Source: Synechococcales cyanobacterium VAR_4_metabat_354 (GTDB taxonomy: Bacteria > Cyanobacteriota > Cyanobacteriia > Cyanobacteriales > Chamaesiphonaceae). From it: a DNA stretch of 64,000 nucleotides. The position numbers and the translations under genes are program-made. Positions 1 to 8,639 of this stretch are shown here, one piece after another (the first letter of the stretch is position 1; each line of letters opens with the position of its first letter). The DNA is taken from NCBI GenBank assembly GCA_031414775.1, contig JANOQI010000056.1, forward strand, positions 1 through 64,000, in the 5' to 3' direction. A model generated the notes under the pieces. The model saw only the letters and a program-made list of their open reading frames with translations, searched no databases and was not told the DNA's origin.

Positions 1-156
1 TACATTATCATTAACTAAGGTTGTTGATAATATTGTCATCGATGTGCAAAGAAAATGCAAGGGATTTGTTCGTTTCCTCATGCACCGCTTATCTACTGCT
101 AGCTGTGCTTTGCATCTCGCGAGCGGCACAATCGTCAACTCGCTCGCTATCCATCC

Positions 157-351
157 CTACGCCGCTCCGCTGAGCGTAGGGACTTTTGCTGATTCCGTTA
201 AACTGGCAGCAGGAGCTGATTCTCTCTCAATCTGAGTGTTTCCAAGCAAGGTGGTGGCAATCAGACGGGTGAACAGATCAGAGAACTGGCTTTGAAATGG
301 AGCTAGAAGCTGAGCCAGGTCATCAGGGATATCGATCGTGATTTGAGCCAT
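157..351 (-). CDS. small hypothetical protein with antitoxin/RHH-like N-terminus, probably 3'-truncated
   Basis: Starts MAQITIDIPDDLAQ, typical of small cyanobacterial antitoxin-like proteins; the last codons run into a GC-rich hairpin. Confidence 0.5.
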   Translation of the reverse strand: MAQITIDIPDDLAQLLAPFQSQFSDLFTRLIATTLLGNTQIERESAPAASLTESAKVPTLSGAA

Positions 352-664
352 AGTATTTGGTGAGATTATCTTTACTGTAATTACAGATTGCGTTAAATTT
401 CGCGCATGAAGAACTCTCGTACATCCAAATTATATCAATCAAGTATTGGTCATAACAGATTTAAGACCAATACTAATGAGAACTCAATCTCAATTAATTC
501 TCCCGCAATTGTCTAATTCGATCGCGCAACTTCTCGTTACATAATTTGATTCAGTTTTTGGATACTGTTTCCATAGACTAAAAATTCTGTTAGACCTAAG
601 AGTAAAAGTCAGATTTGGTAAGCTGTACAGCTTATTCCTTAACTCAAACTGACATTAATGATGG

Positions 665-714
665 TTGGCTCCGCTCAACTCTCACATGATGCTGATGAAT
701 GGAACGAAGCCAAA
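665..714 (-). terminator. stem-loop downstream of the dsbA-like gene
   Basis: ttggctccgctc ... gaacgaagccaa arms pair on the minus-strand transcript with G-U pairs. Confidence 0.35.
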
Positions 715-723
715 ACTTACCAC

Positions 724-1512
724 CTACTTTTTCTGAACTTTAGCCAAAACTTTTTCTAGCTCTTCGACCGTCACCACCCCAGAGAGAAATTCACCATTCA
801 TCAGAAAAGATGGTGTACCATTAACACCCAGTTTGCGACCTAATGTAAAATCTTGGACAACTGACTGGTCAGCGACTTTGCGATCAGCATTGAATTTCGC
901 TAAATTCAGCTGTAATTTTTGGGCAGTGGCTACATAAAAAGTTTCACCCAACTGCTTTTGATTAGCAAACAGTTCATCGTGATATTCCCAGAATTTACCC
1001 TGTTTGTTAGCAGCCCAAGCGGCTTGAGCCGCCGGCAATGCCTCAGGGTGAATTTGGGTCAACGGAAAATGTTTATAGACCAAAGTCACTTGACCTTTGT
1101 GCTTGTCCATAAACTTTTTGAGATTACCGTGCGCTTGGGCGCAAAAAGTACATTGGAAATCCGAGAATTCTACCAACACAATCTGGCGATTAGCTGCTCC
1201 AGTGGTGGGAGAATCACCAATCAGGGCAGCAGTATTCTGGCGCAGCTGTTGGAGTGCTAGTGCTTGAGCGGCTTTTTCTTTTCGTTCTTGCTCAGCAACG
1301 TATTTCTGCACCGACTCAAGTACGACTTCGGGGTGGCGGCGAATAATCTCTAAGACTTGTTTCTCCATTTCCGGCGTAATTTTAGGCTGACTGGTCGGCA
1401 GGGTAGCTGCGGGCAAAATCTTCGGCTTTTTGCCCGCCAAGGCTGGCGAGGCTATCCAAACACCTAATAATAGGGTCAATAATAAAACTGAACGAGTGGA
1501 TGAAAATAACAT
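724..1512 (-). CDS. DsbA family thiol-disulfide oxidoreductase, exported
   Basis: Signal peptide, EFSDFQCTFC CxxC motif, GVNGTPSF cis-Pro motif. Confidence 0.9.
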   Translation of the reverse strand: MLFSSTRSVLLLTLLLGVWIASPALAGKKPKILPAATLPTSQPKITPEMEKQVLEIIRRHPEVVLESVQKYVAEQERKEKAAQALALQQLRQNTAALIGDSPTTGAANRQIVLVEFSDFQCTFCAQAHGNLKKFMDKHKGQVTLVYKHFPLTQIHPEALPAAQAAWAANKQGKFWEYHDELFANQKQLGETFYVATAQKLQLNLAKFNADRKVADQSVVQDFTLGRKLGVNGTPSFLMNGEFLSGVVTVEELEKVLAKVQKK

Positions 1513-1607
1513 AAAAGTTTGGTAGATGAAAAATTAAGCACAATTATGATTACCAACGCCGTGTTGAACACTACCGCCAGTAGTCGCTAGTCAGAAATAA
1601 AGTTACT

Positions 1608-2939
1608 TTAGATAGTTAAATCTGCTTGCCGAGGAGTTTTGACCCATTTCAGAGTCTTGGGCTGCAAAGCCATGCGCACGGTTGTCCAAGGCATCACTAC
1701 CACCCAATGAACTAAATACAACAATCCTACCGCAATAGAGCTAATGGACAGCTGTTGACCAATACGCTGCGCTCCAATAATCATGCCCACTACTTGCAAG
1801 ATAATACCAACGACAGTCAAAGGGGTTAGCAACGGCGATTCTTGCCAAGCGATCGATAGCACCAAATCGGGCACCAACGCCAAGGGCAAAATATATTGCA
1901 TCAGACTAAAAGAAAACAAATCCCAGTTTTTTTGCCAAGTCCCCAACTTATTAGCAGTTAGCAACCGCCAATAGTCTAAATAGCGTTGATAGCCGCCTTC
2001 GCCCCAGCGTTGGCGCTGTGGCCATAATGCTGTTAAGGTAGTGACGCCTTCTTCTTGAACACAAGGCCACAACGCCAGATCAATATCCCAGCCTTGCAGA
2101 TGTAGACGAAAAGTCAGATCCAAATCATCGGTGATGGTCTCCTCATTCCAGCCACCACAGTCGATTAGCGCCTGCCGCCGCAAAAATTGACCATTACCAC
2201 GTAGTTCGCCAATCCCGCCAGTAGCAATCCGCTGCTGCTGAATGTAGGCATCCATGGTCATCTCGATCGATTGTCCTTGAGTCAACCAATTGCTAGAAGC
2301 ATTGGCGATCGACTTCCGCATCTGCACGGCACCCACTCGAGGATTGTCAAAATAGGGTACTAGCGTCTGTAAAAAATCTGGTGCTACTTGGGCATCAGCA
2401 TCAAACACCCCGATAAATTCACCGGTGAGAAAAGGCAGCACCTGATTGAGTGCCCCTGATTTACCACCACTACCGGTGGTGCGATGCAACACTTGGAGTA
2501 GGGGATATTGTACAGCTAATTTATCTAGTAGCTGCGGCGTTCGATCGATACTCCGGTCATCAATCACCCAAACCTCATAACGATCGGCTGGATAGTCCAA
2601 CTGGCCAAGATTAGCCGCTAACTGCTCGACCACATTTTCTTCATTGTGAGCAGAAACTACCAAAGAAATCAGAGGGAAATCAGTAATAACAGCAGCAGTT
2701 GCTGCTGGCCGCGCCACAAAAAGACGCAACATCTGGCCAGAAAAAATTAGTGCCATTCCCCAGATAACCCAACCGCCCCCAGTCACTCCATGTACAACAA
2801 TTACTAGTACCCATACTATGATCATGACCAATGCGGCCTTCAGCCGCCGACCATCCATTCCAGCATCAAAATCAATCAAATTTGGCCTTGGCACTAATTG
2901 ATCAAAGTCATCGGGGAGCGGCACACTGTTATTGGACAT
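1608..2939 (-). CDS. mgdA: GT2 glycosyltransferase, beta-monoglucosyldiacylglycerol synthase
   Basis: DDRS, GKSGALN, FDAD, TDDLD and QRQRW motifs; N- and C-terminal TM helices; GELRGNGQF. Confidence 0.85.
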   Translation of the reverse strand: MSNNSVPLPDDFDQLVPRPNLIDFDAGMDGRRLKAALVMIIVWVLVIVVHGVTGGGWVIWGMALIFSGQMLRLFVARPAATAAVITDFPLISLVVSAHNEENVVEQLAANLGQLDYPADRYEVWVIDDRSIDRTPQLLDKLAVQYPLLQVLHRTTGSGGKSGALNQVLPFLTGEFIGVFDADAQVAPDFLQTLVPYFDNPRVGAVQMRKSIANASSNWLTQGQSIEMTMDAYIQQQRIATGGIGELRGNGQFLRRQALIDCGGWNEETITDDLDLTFRLHLQGWDIDLALWPCVQEEGVTTLTALWPQRQRWGEGGYQRYLDYWRLLTANKLGTWQKNWDLFSFSLMQYILPLALVPDLVLSIAWQESPLLTPLTVVGIILQVVGMIIGAQRIGQQLSISSIAVGLLYLVHWVVVMPWTTVRMALQPKTLKWVKTPRQADLTI

Positions 2940-3127
2940 ACATGTTTGCTAACTACGGAAGCGACTGTAAAAACTGATAGTCTGCCAAGAATTTAAAACC
3001 TGACTATTTACCCTTGCGATTTTAGCGTGAAACGGAAATTTTCTGGCTGGGGATTGATAAGTTTTCCATAGAATTGGTGAACAATAAGCATGACCGGCAA
3101 CGGTAACGCTTATTTTTCAGGTTTGAT

Positions 3128-3511
3128 ATGAATCTTGTTGATGAATTAACTCCGGCTAGTCCCGACAAAGTAAATCTCTACATGCCCTATTTCATGAAGT
3201 CAATGGCGCGACGCAATATGCTCCCCAAAGCTATCACGTTATATTACAAAGGCGGACTGACGGGCTATCGCAATATTGTGGGGCAAGAACAAATCCCCTT
3301 TGTCGCCAGCTGGGCAATGCGCGATTTGCCTGGCGATTTGACCCGCTGTCGGGTACAGTTTGAAGAAAATGCGGATTTAGTCTATGAGTTGGGCTTATCT
3401 AATTCTGATTTTGTGAGCTTCTTGATCGATTGGCTGATTAGTTGTAAAGATGCCAATATTCCAGATTTTCCCCAGCTTTTCTACCGCAAACTACTGCGCT
3501 TGGAAGATTAA
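3128..3511 (+). CDS. ebsA: type IV pilus/biofilm-suppression protein EbsA family
   Basis: VNLYMPYF ... DFPQLFYRKLL pattern of EbsA; adjacent to the DRTGG gene, as is usual in cyanobacteria. Confidence 0.75.
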   Translation: MNLVDELTPASPDKVNLYMPYFMKSMARRNMLPKAITLYYKGGLTGYRNIVGQEQIPFVASWAMRDLPGDLTRCRVQFEENADLVYELGLSNSDFVSFLIDWLISCKDANIPDFPQLFYRKLLRLED

Positions 3512-3595
3512 TGATCGAAATTTGCTCAATACTCAAGTAATTTCGACGAAGATAGCTAGTATAGTTAATAGCATATCTGGAGTGGGAGTTGATGA

Positions 3596-4660
3596 GTGAG
3601 AGCGGCAAGTAAGCGGTTACTAATTGCATCAACAGAGGCTTGCAGTGGCAAGTCAGCTGTTTTGTTGGGTCTGGCAGACAAGTTGCAAAAACAAGGCGTA
3701 GAAATTGTCTATAGCAAGCCCTTAGGCAACTACCATAGCGATGAATCACCTGAAGATGCTGATGTACAACTAGTCAGAGATTATTTGGCTCTATCTGATC
3801 ACCAACTCTTTCCACCGCTGGTTAATTTGAGTACGGCGAATGGACGACGGCGACTTCTAGGCGAAGATCAAACAGACTATCAGCAGCTCTTGCGCGCTCA
3901 ATTACAGCATTCAGAACAGCTGATGTGCATTGAAGGCGGTAGCAACCTGTGGGAAGGTAAAAGCTTTCAGTTATCGACTGGGGAAATTGCGGCGACTACT
4001 GATGCGGTAGTATTGTTGGTGGTACGGTACCATTCTTGGCAATCGATCGAACAAGTACTGATGGCACAAGCAGATTTAGGTAATCGACTCCTAGGTATTG
4101 TGCTGAATGATGTACCTCTCAGTGAAATGGAATCGGTGCAGAGCGTAGTTTTACCAGCTTTGGTGAACTTTAATATTCAGGTATTAGGAGTACTGCCCCG
4201 CGATCAAATTTTGCATGGGGTTAGTGTTGGGGAACTGGTGAAAAAGCTCCATGCCGAAATTCTCTGCCGCCCAGACCGCTTAGATTTGTTGGTTCAAAGT
4301 CTATCGATCGGAGCAATGAATTGCAACTCCGCTTTTGAATATTTTCGAGCAACAGCCCATAAAGCAGTGGTTACCGGTGGCGATCGAGAAGATATCCAAA
4401 TTGCGGCCTTAGAAACCTCTACCAACTGTCTGATTTTGACAGGTCATCTTAAACCCCGACCCTGGGTAGTTAGCCGAGCCGAAATCCTTGAAATCCCCAT
4501 CCTATCAGTTGATCTAGATACTCTCACCACTGTCGAAATTATTGAACGGTGCTTTAAGCAAGTGCGTATTCAAGAGCCGGTCAAAGTAGAAACTATTCGC
4601 CAGTTGGTGGCCAAGCATTTTAATTTTGAGCTGTTTAATCAATGGTTGAATACACCTTGA
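3596..4660 (+). CDS. phosphotransacetylase-family protein (BioD-like N-terminus plus DRTGG domain)
   Basis: STEACSGKS P-loop, IGAMN, VVTGGDREDIQIAALE. Confidence 0.9.
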   Translation: MRAASKRLLIASTEACSGKSAVLLGLADKLQKQGVEIVYSKPLGNYHSDESPEDADVQLVRDYLALSDHQLFPPLVNLSTANGRRRLLGEDQTDYQQLLRAQLQHSEQLMCIEGGSNLWEGKSFQLSTGEIAATTDAVVLLVVRYHSWQSIEQVLMAQADLGNRLLGIVLNDVPLSEMESVQSVVLPALVNFNIQVLGVLPRDQILHGVSVGELVKKLHAEILCRPDRLDLLVQSLSIGAMNCNSAFEYFRATAHKAVVTGGDREDIQIAALETSTNCLILTGHLKPRPWVVSRAEILEIPILSVDLDTLTTVEIIERCFKQVRIQEPVKVETIRQLVAKHFNFELFNQWLNTP

Positions 4661-4736
4661 GCAATAGTTAAGTATTTAACTTGTCGCAGAATTTTAACTA
4701 TAGCTAAAATAGCAGCTTCTTAATGCTACACAGCAG

Positions 4737-4764
4737 AAAAAAGCTGGGTAATACCCAGCTTTTT
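4737..4764. terminator. bidirectional intrinsic terminator
   Basis: aaaaaagctgggt-aat-acccagcttttt between convergent genes. Confidence 0.85.
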
Positions 4765-4793
4765 CGAGACATTCTAATGATTAAAGGCCAAAG

Positions 4794-4940
4794 TTACATC
4801 AAGCCTAGAAAGTGCAGTACACCCTGGCCGGTAACTAGTTCGGTGACGACAGCGGCAACAAAGCCGATCATCGCCATCCGGCCATTGAGATTTTCTGCTG
4901 ATGTAGTGAAACCGAATTTAGCGTCGTTTTGGTTTTGCAT
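4794..4940 (-). CDS. hli: high-light-inducible protein (HLIP/SCP), 48 aa; not in ORF track
   Basis: Manual translation [48 protein letters not shown]; ExxNGRxAMIG chlorophyll-binding motif. Confidence 0.95.
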   Translation of the reverse strand: MQNQNDAKFGFTTSAENLNGRMAMIGFVAAVVTELVTGQGVLHFLGLM

Positions 4941-4966
4941 AGTCCAGACTCCGGTAGATTAAGTTA

Positions 4967-4984
4967 ATTGTAACCTTATATTAA
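4967..4984 (-). promoter_or_regulatory. HLR1-like (RpaB) site upstream of hli copy 1
   Basis: Minus strand TTAATATA-AG-GTTACAAT resembles the (G/T)TTACA(T/A)(T/A) direct repeat. Confidence 0.45.
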
Positions 4985-5042
4985 ATAAGGTGGCTATCTT
5001 TCACTAAAAATGCAGCATCAATAGCTGTCCTTCCTACCCAGT

Positions 5043-5189
5043 TTAGACCAAGCCTAAAAAGTGCAGAACTCCTTGACCAGTAGCTAGTTCAGTTGCCAGG
5101 GCAGCAACAAAGCCGATCATTGCTGCTCTACCATTGAGGTTTTCTGCGGAGGCAGTGAAACCAAATTTAGCGTCGTCTTTCTTTTGCAT
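5043..5189 (-). CDS. hli: high-light-inducible protein (HLIP/SCP), 48 aa, paralog; not in ORF track
   Basis: [48 protein letters not shown]. Confidence 0.95.
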   Translation of the reverse strand: MQKKDDAKFGFTASAENLNGRAAMIGFVAALATELATGQGVLHFLGLV

Positions 5190-5214
5190 AGTTCGGTCTC
5201 TGTTGTACAAATTG

Positions 5215-5242
5215 ATTGTTAATTTATATTAACTAATGTAAC
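5215..5242 (-). promoter_or_regulatory. HLR1-like (RpaB) site upstream of hli copy 2
   Basis: Minus strand GTTACATT-AG-TTAATATA-AA-TTAACAAT. Confidence 0.45.
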
Positions 5243-5360
5243 TAACTATTACCAGCAATGCAAGCTCAGTAGATTTAGACTGGGTAGTAATTACCGCCCT
5301 TTTTCTCTGCCGGCTATATAATTTACAGACGGCTACCTGTGTACTTTTGCGCTCTTTTTT

Positions 5361-8300
5361 ATGTCTAACCAATCTGCTGCGCTCGATCGCTATTACCGCG
5401 AAATCCAAGATGTAATTCTAGTTCGCCAAAATCCCATTACCGGTCTATTGCCTGCCAGTACGGCCATCACGGCTCACGGCGACTATACCGATGCTTGGGT
5501 GCGGGACAATGTATATAGTATTCTGGCCGTTTGGGGATTGGCATTGGCCTATCGGCGGGCGGGAGCACCACCTGGTCGGCTCTACGTTTTAGAAAATAGT
5601 GTAATTAAGCTAATGCGGGGCTTACTGTTTTGCATGATGCGCCAATCGGCAAAAGTTGAGCAATTTAAATACACGCAGTCACCTTTAGACGCACTCCACG
5701 CCAAATACAGTACGACTACTGGGGATGAGGTGGTGGGTGATGACGAGTGGGGACACTTGCAACTAGATGCCACCTCCCTATTTATCTTGATGCTGGCGCA
5801 AATGATTAGTTCTGGTTTGGCGATTATTTACTCGATCGATGAGGTAAATTTTGTCCAGAATTTGGTTTACTATATTGGTCGCACCTACCGCACCCCCGAT
5901 TATGGTCTGTGGGAACGGGGCAATAAAATTAATCACGGTAAGGCAGAGCTAAATGCTAGTTCGATCGGCATGGCCAAAGCCGCACTAGAAGCCATTAACG
6001 GCTTGGATCTATTTGGCAGCAAAGGCTCCCAAGCTTCAGTAATTCATGTATTGCCCGATGAGATTGCGCGGGCACGGATCACCTTGGCCGCTCTACTCCC
6101 TAGAGAATCTGCTTCTAAAGAAACCGACGCGGCACTGCTTAGCGTAATTGGATTCCCGGCCTTTGCGATCGAAGATCCCTATTTAGTAGAGCGCACTCGA
6201 AATAAAATCTTGACCAAACTAGCTGGTCGCTATGGCTGCAAACGTTTTCTGCGCGATGGACACCAGACGACGATCGAAGACCAGACCCGCCTGCACTATG
6301 AACCATGGGAACTGCAAGCTTTTGAAGATATTGAATGCGAATGGCCGCTGTTTTTCACATATTTGCACTTGGATGCTCTGTTTCGACGCGATCAAGCAGA
6401 AGTTGATAAATACCAAGCCTTACTCCAAGATGTTTTAGTAGAGCATAATGGCTATCAACTCTTGCCGGAGTTGTACTATGTACCCAGCGATAAGATTGCC
6501 GCCGAGAAGCAATCTCCTCGTAGCCAAGAACGCTTACCGAATGAGAATGTACCCTTGGTCTGGGCGCAAAGTCTTTATTTACTGGGGCAAATGATGTATG
6601 AAGGCTTGCTGGCTCCAGGGGATTTAGATCCTCAAGGACGGCATCTGCAAATAGGTCCCCGTCGCCAGCACACCATTCAAATTGCCCTGATTGCCGAAAA
6701 TCAAGATTTGCAAGCGCTGCTGGCTGAATATGGAATTGCCAGCCAAACACCTGCCCAAATTGATCCAATCCAAGTCCGATCGGCCACCGAATTAGCAGCC
6801 ATCTATCACCAGATTGGGGTTAATTCTAAGTTGGGTCTGACTGGTCGGCCAGTGCGGCGGCTGCGTAGTTTAATGACAGCGCAGATTTTTCAGATTAAAG
6901 ATCAGCAGGTGGTATTCTTGCCATCTTTCCTCGATCAGCAGCAGTTTTATCTGACTCTGGACTATCACTTTTTGGTGTCCCAAATGCGCGCCGAAATTGC
7001 CTACATCAGTCAGCACTGGCATCAGCTGGGAAGACCGACCATGACACTGCTCCTCACTAATGCCTTGCTGCAAGAGGGGCAAGAGGAGTTTCATAACCCC
7101 AACTACAGTTCACCATTACTAGAATTACTGCATGAACTCAAACAAGGCAACTGTCAGGGGATTAAAGTGCGGCTCGGTCAACTTAGCCAGCTGATGCTCA
7201 CCGCGGGTGCAGAGAGAATTGATGAAATACATGGTTTTGAATTTAATTGCAATCCGATCGAACAATTAGCCATTCCACCACGTTATTTGCGATCAAACGT
7301 CGAGCGAGATGTGCCGCTCAGTCCTAATCAAGAATTTCGGCTAGAATCGACTACAGATATCCGCTGGCTGTTACAAAGCTTGCAGCAATCTGAGAATATC
7401 TACCAACAAATTGAGTTGTTACATACTCTGACCAAACTGAAAGGTCTGAACTTTAACGTAGGTTGGGACAATCCTAACCAGCAGATTACCGTATCCCAGC
7501 TACTCATGGAGGTCTATGACCGCGCGGGTCAAGCCCACCCCCATCCAAACTGGGCAGTAGTACGCTATGCCGCTGGACTCTTGGGCAAAGTGGATGTCAG
7601 TCTTTCCGATGCTGTCACCGAAATTTTAGTACAAGGTAAACAAATCACGGTGGGCATGGCCTACAGCGAAGCCGCTGTAATTAATACCCCCGTTTCCCAT
7701 CTGGAGCTAGCCGAAAAAATTGATAAATTCTGTCGCGAAGATATCCGCGATCGAGTTTTAACTCAAGAAATTTTGATTTATATCAGTTTGTTAATCAAGG
7801 CCGAGCCAGACATAATCAAAGGAATGCTCACCCTGCGAGTTGGTTATTTGATCCTGCTACTGACTAGTGAAATTGTGATTGAGCAGCACATTACTCAAGA
7901 TGAAGCTTACGAGCAATTAATGCAGCTTAGTCCTTTTGAAATCAAAAGTCGGTTGCGGCGAGTGTTGATGGATTACCAAAAAGTTGATGGTTTGGTTTTT
8001 CAGCAAGAATCCTTGCATTTGAGCCAAGATCAAAACCAAATTCGTTGGACTTTGGGACAGGCTACTGACCAGCCAGCCACACCGGCTGGTGGTTGGCTAC
8101 GACAGCGTCAACGGGATGGCGCAATGAACCGTACTCAGCCCAACTTCTATCCCAGCATCTGGTGGTTACTAGAGCACTGCCTCGGCATTATTGTGGGGGA
8201 TAAGTTAGAGAAACGCAATCGGCTAGAAAGCGCCCTGATTCTGGCAGAAATGACCCCGGGAGAAAAGAATTTTGCTTTGCGGGTGGAGCATCTCCTCAAC

Positions 8301-8639
8301 AAAATTCCGGCTCCCGAATACCGCCAGTTGAATATTGAGGCATTGATGGCTCTGGCTGCTTTTTCCGAGCAAAATCCCCAGTTGCGGGTGGCAGAATATA
8401 TCGTTCTAGATGTTTTGATTGGTCATGCCGTGCGGTTAGCCTGGTTGGATCCTAATTTACCCAAGCCACTGGTTGAAATGATTTGTCCGGAGGACTTACA
8501 TTCAGCCAACTACTCCCAACACAAAGTACAAGCTTGGAATAACTTCTATGCTAGTTCGCCAACCGTCGTGGCAGAGTATGTGGTGAAGTCCTTGCAGTTC
8601 TTAAGCCAACTGGCCATTTCTGAACCATCGACTCATTGA
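5361..8639 (+). CDS. phosphorylase kinase alpha/beta-like, glycoside hydrolase family 15 protein
   Basis: DAWVRDNVYS, WGHLQLDATS, PDYGLWERG, RFLRDGH, ECEWPLF. Confidence 0.9.
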   Translation: MSNQSAALDRYYREIQDVILVRQNPITGLLPASTAITAHGDYTDAWVRDNVYSILAVWGLALAYRRAGAPPGRLYVLENSVIKLMRGLLFCMMRQSAKVEQFKYTQSPLDALHAKYSTTTGDEVVGDDEWGHLQLDATSLFILMLAQMISSGLAIIYSIDEVNFVQNLVYYIGRTYRTPDYGLWERGNKINHGKAELNASSIGMAKAALEAINGLDLFGSKGSQASVIHVLPDEIARARITLAALLPRESASKETDAALLSVIGFPAFAIEDPYLVERTRNKILTKLAGRYGCKRFLRDGHQTTIEDQTRLHYEPWELQAFEDIECEWPLFFTYLHLDALFRRDQAEVDKYQALLQDVLVEHNGYQLLPELYYVPSDKIAAEKQSPRSQERLPNENVPLVWAQSLYLLGQMMYEGLLAPGDLDPQGRHLQIGPRRQHTIQIALIAENQDLQALLAEYGIASQTPAQIDPIQVRSATELAAIYHQIGVNSKLGLTGRPVRRLRSLMTAQIFQIKDQQVVFLPSFLDQQQFYLTLDYHFLVSQMRAEIAYISQHWHQLGRPTMTLLLTNALLQEGQEEFHNPNYSSPLLELLHELKQGNCQGIKVRLGQLSQLMLTAGAERIDEIHGFEFNCNPIEQLAIPPRYLRSNVERDVPLSPNQEFRLESTTDIRWLLQSLQQSENIYQQIELLHTLTKLKGLNFNVGWDNPNQQITVSQLLMEVYDRAGQAHPHPNWAVVRYAAGLLGKVDVSLSDAVTEILVQGKQITVGMAYSEAAVINTPVSHLELAEKIDKFCREDIRDRVLTQEILIYISLLIKAEPDIIKGMLTLRVGYLILLLTSEIVIEQHITQDEAYEQLMQLSPFEIKSRLRRVLMDYQKVDGLVFQQESLHLSQDQNQIRWTLGQATDQPATPAGGWLRQRQRDGAMNRTQPNFYPSIWWLLEHCLGIIVGDKLEKRNRLESALILAEMTPGEKNFALRVEHLLNKIPAPEYRQLNIEALMALAAFSEQNPQLRVAEYIVLDVLIGHAVRLAWLDPNLPKPLVEMICPEDLHSANYSQHKVQAWNNFYASSPTVVAEYVVKSLQFLSQLAISEPSTH

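Noticed and set aside
474..501. Fur-box-like tgaga-N6-tctca
   Set aside because: Spacing is off-consensus, the context is AT-rich and no iron-related gene is adjacent.
4723..4962. 79-aa plus-strand ORF
   Set aside because: Antisense shadow of the hli gene and terminator.
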